NCBI RefSeq assembly: GCF_002105155.1
Contig: NW_019029013.1
Location: forward strand, 310,001-374,000
DNA from: Lobosporangium transversale
Lineage: Eukaryota
DNA: 64,000 bases
Direction of reading: 5' to 3'
This document shows positions 13,756 to 26,952 of the stretch, piece after piece. The notes under the pieces were generated by a model. It made no database searches and was not told the origin of the DNA. It saw nothing but the letters and a program-made list of their open reading frames with translations. Position 1 is the stretch's first letter. The number at the start of each line of letters is the position of its first letter. A program made the position numbers and the translations under genes.

Positions 13756-16700
13756 ATGTTTACATTCAACGTCTCTGGTTCCAGCAGCCATGGACGATCT
13801 AGCCAAGGTTCTTCATCAAAGGCATCCAATTATGTTCCATCAGCATACATTGCTAAAAAATTGGCGCTAGAGGAGGAGGCCAGACGGAAAGGAGGTCAAG
13901 GGAGTGATGGAGGAGAAGACTCATCCCTTCATCTCTCACTGAGCTTGACAAACGGGGGAAGAAGCCATCATTGGCCTACGCGTGACGAGGTATTGGCGCC
14001 CGGATACAGCTCCGGTCCATTGGGGTACGATCCTCCATCATCTCGGACATTACAACAGCAACAGCTTTTGGATGAGTCAATTCGCTTGCAGGAAGAGGCA
14101 GCAGCTATTCACAGGCCTGATGCTAGCAATACGAGCATGGGGACGTCAAAGATTCAGTCAGATTTGCCAAGCTTGCGTACCACAGCCCCGGGATCAACAT
14201 TGGCAGACAGCACCACTACTTCGGACCAGCCCTCCTTTGGACCCAAAAGCATCTTGAGGATTGATCGCCCGGAGCTTAACAAGGAAGATTTACAAAAACG
14301 GAACGCATCTGTTCGATTCTCGGCTGTTATTCCTGAAGTATCCACTCCTGGGCCACAAAGCCCTTCTATTTTCAACCAGAACGGCGCCAGTCCTTTCTTC
14401 GGCAATAGCAGCAATAGTGGTAATAGTGGTGCGGGCAGTGGCGGTAGTGGTGGGGCAGCTAGTCATTTATCAAGCAGCGGTAGCATGGCTAGCCTACACT
14501 CTGTTTTAAAGGAGGATGGTAAAGTTAATGTATTGACTCACAGAGGCGCAGCTGGATCGTCTGGATTGAATAGTAGTCTTGGCCCCGCGTTGGGATCTGT
14601 TTCTGGAACTGCACAATCGTTCCAAGCCTATACACCCAGGTCGATGACAGGTGAACTGAGCTCACCCTCGATGAGAGGCAATACTATTTCAGCAAGCGGC
14701 GCAACATCGTCGTCTGCAACGGCCACAGGAGCAGGAGCAGGAACAGTATCAGGTTCATCTTTCTTTGTGAATTTGGATGGCAGTACATCTCGTCAGGGTA
14801 ATATGCTTGGAGTCAGCAATACTTTTGGTAAAGCACCTAAGGATGAGGATGAAGAAGAAAAAGACAAAGAGCGCTACTTACCCGCTATCTTACTCGGAAC
14901 TGGATCGGTATTGAAGGTAAAGTATAAAAAGAAAATAGCAAAGAAAGAAAGAAAAAGGTTTATAGAATGTTAGATTAAATTGTATAATTACTATATTTAT
15001 TTGTTTTATCATTGCTATTGTTATTTTCTTTTTTTGGCTTTATCTATCATAGGGTTCTAAGATTGAGCCATTTATGGATGGAAACAACGGGAAGACGGAA
15101 TGGGATAGGTGCGAGACTACATTTTCTTTTGAGTGAATCTTTGGAGCTTTATTATATTGATGACACAGTGGTTTATGACAAAGCTCAAATCTAAACAGGA
15201 ACCCATCTTTTGCAATTTCCCACCATTGACTCTTTATATATATATATATATATATATGTTATAAAAAAAAAACCCTACGTCTTTATAGTGATCCATTTCA
15301 TCAGCAATCAGGACCAAGCAGAGATACACGATTAGCACCAAATTTGATTGGTGAGGATGCTCCACCGGCCGATACCTTATACGACCTTGCACAGAAGGAG
15401 AAGTACTACTCTCAACCCACAGCAACACTATCTCATTTTTCTTCGCCTTATCAATATAGCAGGTAAACAAAAAGTAAAACAAGCTACTAGTGATCGTTTT
15501 GGCTATCACGTATTTACCATGTGCTTGTTTAAGCTGACCACTATTAACTATCATGTGCTGATTATAGATCTACTTCCGATACTGGACTATTAAATGACTC
15601 TGCTGCTTCGACGAGTTTATCATCCGCATCATCTGCTACAGCCGATCACAGCTATGACGCTATTATCACATATGGCTTTCCACCGGAAGCTGCATCTTAC
15701 ATGTTGAATCAATTCCGAGCCTTTGGAACCATTGTGCGCTATGAATCTGGAATATATGGTCGCGTCTTATCCGAATCCTTCAACTGGCTCAAAATACAAT
15801 ATGAAGGTACATGGGCAGCCAGGAATGCAACCAGTAGACATCTAAGAGCAGTTGGAAAATTTGTTGTAGGTGTACATGCTTGCCGATCCTTCTCAACTAC
15901 GAGCCCTAGGTCATCTCAGAGCATGGCGATGGACATAACTACAGCACCGTCGAGCGAGTTAGAAAGTCGGGACATTGCAAAAGATTTAACGCCAGCAGAG
16001 GTTAGAGAGGTAGAGGCAGGGGTTGATACGTTGCTGAAAATACGTGCACAGGGATTAGGCCCGGACCTACCATTGCAAGGAAAAGCTGCACAGTTTGCAG
16101 CAGCGAATACCAGAGCACGGCATGCAAGTCTATATGAGTCTTGGAACCAGGGATCAGCTGGAGCAGGAGCGAGCACAGCATTATTTCAATCAATAGATAA
16201 TATTACTGGTGGCTCATCATCTTCCACCGCTGGTGGGGCAAGGAACTCGTCAGTAGTGGCGGTCGATCAAGAGGATGAGGATATGCTCCATGTGTTGGGA
16301 CATAGTTTAACCTCAAGTGGAACTCTCCTTCGGTCGAGTCGTCTTGGCCGAGAGCCATCTGAACTTTTAAGATCTACGAGGTCACAGGATGGTTCAAAAT
16401 CTGATATGGATGGGATAAAGCGGAATGGAATGGTGGATGGAGGGATCCTGTCCGAGGGTCAGATGGTCGAAAATGAATCCGTGGGATTCCGCCCTTTATT
16501 TGGCCGATACGAAGCTCGAGGGCTTCACCCAAATGGATCTGGATTTGGTCAGGATGCACAACACTTTCAGCAGCAACAACAGCAACAGCAACAACGACTT
16601 CTTGAGCAGAGAGCTAATCATGATGCATGGCTCAGATCATCAAATCAGCATCGTCTGTCTTTGAGACGTCCTACATTTGGCGAGTCTGCCTCTTCAGATC

Positions 16701-17193
16701 CAACACTTTTTGCGTCATCGGGTGGCATGCTCCTAGACTCTAGTACTGGTACAAATAGCGCATCATCGCCATTCCAGGCTCAAAAAAAACAGCGATTATC
16801 GTCTAGTCTCTATTCATCAACCTTCTCTACTTCCTCGGCCCCTTCTTCCCCTTCACTGAGCAACCATGCGCCATTAAGCCAATTTGGACGAGGACGGGAT
16901 AGATCCTCAATGTTGGTGGATGATCCATCTCTGGTGAGCCAAAACGGCGAACCCTTGTTGAAAACATCACAAAGCACTTCCTCAACACCGGCTTTATCAA
17001 CAGCAACCTCAGTCGTAGGTGGCTCTGCAACAGGAAGCTCGATACGACCCACCACCGCTACTACTTCTACAGCTTCTACAGAAGCGTCTTCATCATCATC
17101 TACGTCGACTATGACGGCACCTGCACCATCAGCAGCACCCGAAAGCATGCTCTCATCAGTTTTGAATATGACCAAGAAGCGGTTATTCTGGGG

Positions 17194-17197
<4 letters not shown>
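13756..17197 (+). CDS. NUP53: Nucleoporin Nup53/Nup35 (RRM-like MPPN domain); exons 13756-14916, 15053-15108, 15289-15462, 15568-17197
   Basis: YLPAILLG and DAPPADTLYD linear motifs, RRM segment IITYGFPPEAASYMLNQFRAFGTIV...NWLKIQY...VVGVHAC, and a C-terminal amphipathic helix ending LFWG. Three GT-AG introns keep the frame. Confidence 0.85.
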
Positions 17198-17228
<31 letters not shown>

Positions 17229-17530
17229 TGATATAACAAGGAAACGTGAAGAAAAACTAATGAAATGGGGTGGAAGGAAATAGTGTTATGATTGGTAGAA
17301 GGCTATTTTAGAAAAGTAAATATTCATCAAGCTTTGTTCTCGTTTTTCTCATATGGACATTACATAAACTTTTTTTTTTATTTATTTATTTTAATATTTG
17401 TGATAAGCTTACACATGTCATTCTTGCTAGCAATAAAAATACAGGCCATAATAATTGAATAATATACATGCTAAAAGAAAAAAGAAAAAAGAAAAAAGAA
17501 ACGACAAGATAGAAGGAAGCTTTTGATTTT

Positions 17531-20500
17531 CTAATCATCATCAAGTCGTCTGTAAATGTATACATAAGGTGTAGCCATGTCGTCGTCCAATAAGAAGCTA
17601 TTTAATATAGGTTCATTTCTCTGATCATTGCTTGCTTCAAGACTTGTATCGGTGGCCAAGCATTCAGCGGCATTGTATCCGTTCAGATTACCGCTCTTTT
17701 TAGCCTGCATATTGATATCTCCAGAGAAAAGTCGAGTCATGTCCTCCTCTGAGACTGGGTCCACAGATGCATCATTGTACTTGAGCCTACACATATTATA
17801 AAAGATGGAAATATATATTAGTCGTATTTAATAAGAGGATTTCAAAGACTGGCTCAACCCTCAAGTATAGTTGTACATACCATCGGAAGCTCTTTTTCTC
17901 GTTATACGTCTCTCCAGTCGGCTCTGTGATCTCAGACTCAATCTCAACATCCTTTTTAATATAGACGTAGTAATGACCGGAGGTGATGGCTCGGCCTCTG
18001 TGAACGATGATGGCGCAAAGTTCTAACAGGGATAGCAATTGCAAACGTAAGGATCAGACCTATCAATTCAAGCGAACTTTAAGACAACTCTATATAACAA
18101 TGTATACCATAATCCAGGGCCCCTCCCTGATGATCCTTGCTCATCCATTTGCTGAAATTCATCCTTTCTGTACATGAGACCCTGTTCTGAAGCTTCACGG
18201 CCCCTTCACTGAAATTGTATCGTTGTAGACGCAAGATCATGATTTTCGGTAACGATGTAAGATAATGATAGATGTGTGCATCTTCCTTGGAGTTGCACTT
18301 TTCGCAAAACCGCTGGTTATCATCCTTCATATGCTCCATCTTCATCGTTTCAGTTATGCCCCAACCCAGGTCACGGACTAAAGTTGGATTCTCAACATCA
18401 ATCTGCACTGTCAGGTCGATTCCTCGATCCATTTTTGTCACAACGGATCGACATTGCTGGCAATGGGTAACGGTCTGGGTCCCCACTTGAAACAGATAAT
18501 CAATAGGCTGCCAGTTGCGCGGAATGATATCCGGACTAATTCTTCCCAAGTCTGATGATTGTGCAGACAGCAGTAATGCTTTCAGGACGTCATCAAATAG
18601 ACTAATGATATACAATAAAAATTCGGCAGCATCCTGTTGTTCCGAAGAGTTGAACAAAGAATCGCCGTCGCTAATGGACATCAAGTGAGGATTAAAACAT
18701 AATGAATCAGGTATAGTCATTGTTTCCTACTTCGTTCATCCAAACGGCAAAAAAAAAAAAAAAAAAAAAAAAGCAAGACTTACCGTAGTGTCCGAATCAC
18801 CATTGTTGGATATGTTGACCTAAGTTCAGCATCGCCTTCACAAAGCTTTTTCTCATGCTCATCAAGCTGTTGAAACATGTCGAGAGCATGATCAAACAAT
18901 GCGCGCTGATACTCGGTCAGCTTGACCTGCGATCCCAGTCTCTCTTCGAGCTCTCGCATCTTTTCCTGGATAACGAAAATCAATCGAGAGCATTCACGAG
19001 TATTCCGCAGTGCCTGTAAAATTGAATTGAGATAGCACGTATTTGATATGTTCGATAACCCGCCAGAGAGGACAGCACGTGAAGCCGGAGTGAGTCGTGT
19101 TTTCCTGCGTGGTTTGAGGATGGGGGTATATGCTGATGCTGGACGGGATTGTGCCTTCGAAAACATGGTGGTAATTGATTTTTGGTTTGGATCTGGCTTC
19201 TGCTCGGTCATAAAGTCAGAGAGATCGTCATCAAGGCCGCTGTTGTCGCGCTCAGAACCCGAATTGTCAGAGTTAGAAAAAGAGCTTTTCCTACTTCTAC
19301 TTTTATCCTTCCGCTTAACTACGACCCCGCTCTTCGCCTTGGAGTAAGTCTTTGGTCTTGGCCGATTGGCTACTGGCATAAGCTGCACAGAGGCATCTCT
19401 ACCATTAAACCCGTCATCAGAGTCATTGCTAGGAGCAGGTTTTGGCGATTCCTTGACTAGGTTGCAGCCTGAAGGCTTTTGAGATGTTGTGGAAGCGGAT
19501 GAGGTTGTTGACGTGGAAATACCAAAGAAATTCTTCATGAACTGCCTTGAGGCGGCAGCATGCTTTGGCTCTGGCTCTTCCTCCTCAGACTCTGGTTCTG
19601 ACAAGATTATGTGCTTGGGCTCACGCGTGCGATAGTCCCTTTTTCTATCCTTCGAACTTTTTTTCGGCTGCTTCTTTACTGTAGTGAATGCTGCTTCGCT
19701 GTCGCTTGAGCGTGAAGATGATTCACAGTACGTCTTTACTTTCAATTCAGCACCCCGGACTAGCCTTCGACGCCTTGGTGGTAAAAGCTGCTCCTTATCC
19801 TCCTCTATTGCCTTGGTATCAACACAAAATGCTTCATCGCTATTTTTGTCGCTTAGATTTTGAGCAAGTGTCTCTGTCTGCTGCGATGGAGGAGAAGGGA
19901 CATCCTGAGCTGGTTCTGAAGATTGGTTGTCATCTATGGGAGAGCTAGTTGACGCGTCCTTGGTCACTATATCAATGATTTTACTGTCGTTAACACTAAT
20001 GAGCTCTGCATTACTGTTGGTTGCTTTCGATAATGATGCCATCGGTTTCGGGCGGTATTTGAAGTACTCTCGCATGGATAGGCCATATTTTGGGACGCTA
20101 GCACCATCTTGAGATGTAGAACCATCCTGAATACCAACGATATCTTTGGTCGCAGAAGATTCCTTCGAATCTGGCGTAGAAAATGCTGAAGTCAACGGAC
20201 TTTTAATGAACTTTACATCTCCCTTGTTAATTACCTCCCCGGGCTTAGTAAGGCGTAATTTTGTAGATACTGATTCAAGAGATGGATTCGGTTTTGAATG
20301 AGTTGGAGTTGTTCCTTGATCCGATTCACCGGCTTTATTCTCAACTATTGTTTTTTCCTGATTAAGTATAGATTTGTTCATACTAGTTGACTTTTGGCCC
20401 TCTGAAAGCTCGTGAGAGCCTTCAGCTGCCTCATTGCTGCAAGAGCCCTTGTAGTTGTGTCCACCCAAAAGCCGATCTATCCGTCGTTGATCAGCCAAGC

Positions 20501-21032
20501 TTTCCTTCGTCTTCTTGAATACGGCTGTATCCATAGATGATGGTTGAACCCCACGCGTCTGAATATACAGAGCATTCAAAGATCTCTGTGCCTCGGTCTC
20601 AAGCTCTTGGTCTTCTTGCTGACTGACTGTATCACGAATGTTTGAGGGGTTTCTTGTGAAATATGTCAAAAGAACACTTGCTGTGGGATGGCTACCCTGT
20701 GGCGGTTTATGTTTTTTAGTTGGGGGTGGGCCGCCATTTTGCCCATCGAGCGGTTTACGGCGTCGACTTGTTGATGATGCACCATTACTGGTCTTACTGC
20801 TTACTAATGATGATGAGATACCACCAAAGGCTATATTTCTAATGGTCTGCTTTTCATCTTGAAGTATGCTTTGAGCATCAATGGCATCAGTGCCATATGG
20901 TGCAAAACTATCCAAGCGCTCCTCTTGGCTGCTGTTATCAGTGGTGCTCCTGCGTTTTTTGGAATTAGAATTAGGTTTGTCTGAGTAGCTGAGTGAGCCG
21001 TCATTCTTTTTCATGCGTTGAGCGAGCTTCAT
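17531..21032 (-). CDS. Ubiquitin-specific protease (peptidase C19) with long disordered N-terminus; exons 21032-18784, 18670-18108, 18022-17881, 17786-17531
   Basis: Cys box GLSNISNTCYLNSILQAL, QQDAAEF, LRLQRY, His box HRGRAITSGHYYVY, and WLKYND. There is also a likely 5'UTR intron at about 21042-21136. Confidence 0.92.
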
Positions 21033-21546
21033 GGATTCAACCTACAAAGCAGCAAAAAAAGAAAAGAAAAGATTAAAAAGTTGGTAATGTCGCTCAACAC
21101 CTTGATGGAGAATGATTAATGTAATAATCACCATACTTAGTAGGCCGAAGGAAGGATCGCTGACACGAAAAAAAAAAAAAAAAAAAAACAAAAAACAAAA
21201 AACAAAAAGAAGCAGAATGATTCGGCGAAAGTAACATTTACATGTGTTGAAGTACTAAAATTGGTGGCGTTCAATATAAGAACCAAGTTAATATGCAGCA
21301 ATTGCCTTGTAGTGCGCTTCTGACACATGACATGCACCTATGAGGACGGACACTGTGGAACAGTCTCGGAGCGCAGCAATGAAGCTCTTTCAGAGCCATC
21401 GCTTCTAATTCATTCAACGTTCAATAGACAACAACTTAAGCATTACCTCTTCCTCTTATTCGTTTTTTCAATCATCTGCAGACTTTTTTTTTTTCTTTTT
21501 TCTTTTTTCTTTTCAGAGTGACTGAAAAAAGGCATACGAGAATATA

Positions 21547-23832
21547 ATGGCAGGAACAGCAGTAATAAGAGACGCTATCTTTGTACAGCAATTGCAAGGA
21601 CAGGAGCAGGGGCAGGGGCAGGGGCAGGAGCAAGAGCGACCGCAAGGGCAAGAGCAAGAACATGGAAAGAAACGAGAGCAAAGACAGGGATATAAACAAG
21701 AAGATCAAGAGCACGAACAAGAACTAGACGAACATCACCACTATAAACAAAAACTAACCATCGACATCATTATCCAGTTGCCAGAGCTAGCACTCGCTAT
21801 TCAAACATTTCTGGGGCCAAAACACCTCTTTTCTACTTGTCTCGTCAGTAAATACTGGGCATCAATTTGGACACCTTTCCTCTGGCAAACCCTTATTCTA
21901 TTGCAACCCCATCCTGCCTTACACTCAAAACTGATTCGAAAGTCCAATTCTTCTACTGTAAACTCCAAAACCACTGATAACAACAAAGGCAATGGCAACA
22001 GCCGTTGTAGTTTAGACTCTGCAAACGGAGAAGAACGATATGTTTTGACGGAGGCATGTCTTAGTCGATATGGCCATTATGTCCGATGTCTCAATGCATC
22101 ATGGTTGACTCCTCAATCACTGTTACGTCTCTCTTATTTCTGCTTGAATCTGCAGCATGTTAAGCTAGCAGACACACTGATTCCGATTAAGAGAGTCCTG
22201 CAACCCATGCTTCGATCATTAGGATCATTACGAAAGCTGGAGCTGGATTTGCCCTTTGAGTTTATAGATGAAGAAGAGGAAGAAGAGGAAGACTGCCAAA
22301 AAGCAGGAGAAGGAGAGAATGGGAGATATGAAAAGCATGAAGAGCGAAAACTGAAGGAAGAGGAAGAGGAGAGGGTACTTCATCTAGAACCTGTAATAGC
22401 AAAGGGCCCACATGAGAATTCTTTGTTAAAGTCCATTGAGGTTTGCGCATCGACTATGAGTTTGGAGTATCTGAGCCTTATATTTCAAACATCCGTTCGG
22501 GTCCCTGTCATGGCATTACTCTCATTGTTCAGAAGGCACCGGAAACTCCATACTGTGAAGTTGGTAGATGCTGATATTGAGGAATTGGTATTCCTGGCTG
22601 CAACCAGAAAAAGCACAGGGAAAGGGAAAGGGAATCCAAAAAGAAAAAATGGAAAAGGAGAGAGTGAGTCTAATATGTCAAGGTCAGGGTCAGGGTCAGG
22701 ACTAGGACCGCAGCCGGCGTTTGCATCGACGTCGGTTGTGGGTACTCCCTCGTTACCTCAGCAGACGCAATCTCCGGTATCAATCTCGGGTTCTGATGAT
22801 GAGAACACGTCTATAGCATCAACATCGACACCAGGATCGCCATGCTTAGCGTCTTCAACGCTGGATACAGATATCTATAATTTATTGTTCCTCTCGATCA
22901 TCAGCTCCCATACCTCGGACACAGCTCTTGCTCATATTCTCGAACGATGCCCTCACTTACAAGCGCTTCACCTTCATTCTTGCGACAACCTCTCAGATAC
23001 TTCATTAGAGTTAATTGCTCAACAATCTTCCTCCCTCACCAGTATCTCCCTCTCGAGCTGTAAGAAAATGACTGTACAAGGGCTTAAGCAGTTTTTCATG
23101 ACCACACACAGACTCCTCATTCACATTCATCTTTGTGATATGACAGCAGTCCATGACGAAACTCTTGAGCTCATCGCTCAACGACACAGCTTGAGTCTCA
23201 GAAAACTAGCCATTTACTTCTGTGCATTTGTGAAGGATAAGGGAATCAAAACGCTGTTGAAGTCATGCAAAGAGTTAGAGGTCTTGGGGCTTCAGGCTTA
23301 TGGTATGAGCACCGAAATTTTTGAAGAACCTTGGGCCTGTGAACAAACACTGGAACAGTTAGATCTACAAGCAGTCTTCAAGCTGTTTGTACAACGACCC
23401 GAGAATGATGATGGCAATAACAACAGTGGTAATGCCAATGTAAAACTGAGCGACTTCTCTGCCACGAGGGTATGGCGAGATCGTCAAGCAAGGATCGATG
23501 CGTTTGAAATGACAAGGCGTCGATTGATGACCTTGTCCAACCTCAGAAACCTTCGCCTATTTGCGGGCGGTATTGGAGAGCAGGTCTTGAATGGATTTGG
23601 GGTCCATCAACGGATAGAGGTTTTGCATCTCTATGGGCTTCAGAGTACCATTATTCATTCGTTACCGTGGTCCCAGATCCGGATGCGATATCCGTACTTG
23701 AAGCAATTCTATTGCGGGGTCATTGGCACTAAAGACCATTTTATCAGGGATGAGCTTGAACGCTTAAATGTTGAGCTCTTGACTTCTTCTAGTATCCCTG
23801 ATCTAGCGTTTGAGAACAACTTTGACGATTGA
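21547..23832 (+). CDS. F-box / RNI-like leucine-rich repeat protein
   Basis: Intronless 761-aa ORF with an F-box-like IIQLPELALAIQTFL...CLVSKYW and LRR units such as CPHLQALHLHSCDNLSD and LTSISLSSCKKMT. Confidence 0.85.
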   Translation: MAGTAVIRDAIFVQQLQGQEQGQGQGQEQERPQGQEQEHGKKREQRQGYKQEDQEHEQELDEHHHYKQKLTIDIIIQLPELALAIQTFLGPKHLFSTCLVSKYWASIWTPFLWQTLILLQPHPALHSKLIRKSNSSTVNSKTTDNNKGNGNSRCSLDSANGEERYVLTEACLSRYGHYVRCLNASWLTPQSLLRLSYFCLNLQHVKLADTLIPIKRVLQPMLRSLGSLRKLELDLPFEFIDEEEEEEEDCQKAGEGENGRYEKHEERKLKEEEEERVLHLEPVIAKGPHENSLLKSIEVCASTMSLEYLSLIFQTSVRVPVMALLSLFRRHRKLHTVKLVDADIEELVFLAATRKSTGKGKGNPKRKNGKGESESNMSRSGSGSGLGPQPAFASTSVVGTPSLPQQTQSPVSISGSDDENTSIASTSTPGSPCLASSTLDTDIYNLLFLSIISSHTSDTALAHILERCPHLQALHLHSCDNLSDTSLELIAQQSSSLTSISLSSCKKMTVQGLKQFFMTTHRLLIHIHLCDMTAVHDETLELIAQRHSLSLRKLAIYFCAFVKDKGIKTLLKSCKELEVLGLQAYGMSTEIFEEPWACEQTLEQLDLQAVFKLFVQRPENDDGNNNSGNANVKLSDFSATRVWRDRQARIDAFEMTRRRLMTLSNLRNLRLFAGGIGEQVLNGFGVHQRIEVLHLYGLQSTIIHSLPWSQIRMRYPYLKQFYCGVIGTKDHFIRDELERLNVELLTSSSIPDLAFENNFDD

Positions 23833-24022
23833 AAGAGTAATTTTATATTTTCGATCTCCTGCGAGTCTCTTTTCAAGTTTTGATATTTATTAATATTAGA
23901 GCCATTACTGCCCACGGGGCTTCCATAATAACCAAGGTATTAAAAGTTTATATAATTTATATTTTTTAAATGGATGTGTATGTCCTTGAGTAATGTCATT
24001 TTCAGGGCTGGCTTCCTTGATT

Positions 24023-25001
24023 TTATCCAGCGCGTACAAGGGTCATTTCAGTCTTGGGAGTATCTCGTTCCAATTTCAACAAGTCGTCGGTTAGATGTTG
24101 CTGTTGCTCTCCTTCTTCATTATTAGCCTCCAAATCATCTTCCAGTGACATGTTGCTCAAAGCAAGTGCGGCTGCAAGAGCAGGCGTTTGATGTTTACCC
24201 AGAGTCGCTTGATAGTACTGCCATCCGCCTCCAGACTCTAATACTTTGATTTGATCAGCAGATAAGCCCAAAGAACACGGGTCGCAAAGCTTCTCGATCT
24301 GGGCATGTCCACTGTCGGTATTGCCCTTGATCGCACGCCAGCCATTCCCAAAGCCTCCATATCCATATCCTCCACTATCACCACTGTCGTTATTGAAACT
24401 ATGGCTACGTTGTGTCGACGCGCCGGACAGTTCACTGCGCGATCCGGTCTGCACAGCGCTGTCAGATGCGCTTTGGAGCAATCCTGGTCTTGTAATATCT
24501 TGAGGGCCTGGTGAAGGACCTTGAGATTCGGTCGATGTTTCATTAACTGATGCTCCACCTTCATTATTATTAGACTTGAAGTTAGAGTCAGCAGCGGTTG
24601 CATTACGTTCTTCCTGAAGTCCAAGCAAGAAGAAATGATCGATTTGTCTCTTGGTCAGACAGTCAGAGCATACAACTCGACGACACTGAGAACAGATGTT
24701 CTATCAAAGGTCAAGGGTATGTGCGTTTCGTATCAAAGTTAGATTTGATTCACATATTTAACATACATAATACATATTTCTCATTGGGGCAATGGGACAT
24801 ACCCTCCATTTAAACATCCCAAATTCGACCTTGCATAATCCGCATTCCTTCACCTGGGCTGCGTTTTGGTACTCCATCGCTGTAGCAGAATGACTATCGG
24901 ACCTTCGATTGGTTGCACGTGTGTTGGCATTCATGTTGGCCTCTTGCCCAGGATCATTCTCACTGCTATTCATTGCTTGGCTTGACTTACTCTTCATCTT
25001 T

Positions 25002-25040
<39 letters not shown>

Positions 25041-26920
25041 TTTTATCAGTCTCATTTCTTACAGGTTTAGAGGCTCCAAAAAAACCCCCAAAAATTTTTA
25101 GACAACTTACTCGGTTGAGGCTAGCTTCAACTAAACCTCGTACCATGCCTGCTGCGCCGCTAGAGAAGTGCTCTGGGGAATAGTCCTCTGGCTGAATGAT
25201 GACGCCATCCAGACTCTGATTACTTGCACGGCGATCAACATCGCTACTTGACCCCCTGTACTGCTGCTGCTGTTGCTGTTGCTGGCTGAAAGCATCCGCT
25301 AACAGGGGCTCAGAAGAGATTGCATTGGCAAGAACAGGCTCGGCATGCAGAGCTTCTTCCTCCTCAGGAAACATGGTGTCGATGCAATCATCGCAAGCTC
25401 TACCAACCTTTTCAGAATTTCCGCTTCTGATCAAGATATTCTATAATAGTTCAAAAAAATAAAAATAAAAAATTAACATATTGTCCCAAAGTACAACTTT
25501 CTTAGAAGTAACAAGTAATTAAAAATAAAATAAAAGCCCTTGGAAGCTTCAAGACACTTACTCGAGAAGAACACGAGTGGCAAACAACTTTCCCACATGC
25601 GCGGCAGTGATGCTTACGCCTGAAGAGCGTACCAAATTCTTCGGAACAAATCATACAACGTGTTGCAGAGTGGTCCGGAACCCAAACGGGCGCATTGTAA
25701 TTCTCTACAACTCTTAATGGTGGCTGTGTCTTTTGGGCTAATGGTGAGGTGACCCCTAGCCCTGTGGAAGGCTCCATAGGAGACTGGTATCCATTGCCAT
25801 CTGCAAGAGCTCCATTCGATGCAGAAGCAGCAGCAAATTCAGGATCGATGCCCACAGGACTACCTAAAGGGGCATTAGAACGTGAAAAATCATTACCACT
25901 AAATGGACTAGGTGACCACAATCCAGTCTCACGTCGCAACAATCCAACGCCAAAGCTTGTCGCTGCAGTGGCCGCAGCACTGATACTTTGCATGGGTGTG
26001 ATGGAGATCTTGAGTGTCCTCTTAGCGGACAAGAAGTCTTGCGTGGCTTTTCGAATAGCATCCATCCACTCTTCTTTCTCCTTGAGAGTGTCCACATAGA
26101 CTTGTGAGGATTTTTCGGAACTGATGATCTGGAATGCATTCTTGGTTGGGTCTGGATCCTCTGCCCCAATGACTGTACAATTCTCGAGCCCAACTTTACG
26201 ATGGAACGTTAGAGTGTCGTCCAGCAACGGATTCAGGCTAGGGCTTGTCCAAAGGATACAATCCGAGAGCAAGATGAGCACTCGAACCTGAACGTTCCGA
26301 CGACAGACCTTCCAGACACTCCCATGCTTCAACAATGTGCGACCGGGGGTGACAAGTTGTTCAGACATCCCCGCAATCTTGGACTGGAGCTCCACCATCT
26401 TGAGGAACATTTCGTGTTGTCGAGTCGTCTCGTTAACTGCGATTGCCGTTTGCGCCATCGATTCAAATGCTGTTTGCAGTTTTCGATGATCAGGATGATC
26501 TTCGGGAGTATGACGCAACAGTCCTTCCAATAGCATCTTGTATCGAGGGATCCTTTGAACTGGTAGCATTAAATAGGCCTGGAAATCCAGGTTTTTGCAT
26601 TCGGGCCTTTTTTCGGTATTCTGTATTTATGAAAAGAAAAGAATCAAGGTTGGAAGTGTCAATGAAGGACTGCGTATACATGTATTACTAAAAGAAACAA
26701 AAGCATAATCAATGATAAAGGCCAATGTCTACCTTGAGGAACTCTGTGAGACGCTCATTGCGATTCATACAGTCATTGATATGAGTGAGAGCAGATGCAA
26801 AGGTCTTGACATAATTTGAATACATTTTCAAGAAAGGAGCCTGGGAAAGCAAAACCAAGAGAAAAAGGGTTTAGAATCCATAATTGAAAAAATAAAGCAT
26901 GAAGGCTCATCAACTACATC

Positions 26921-26952
<32 letters not shown>

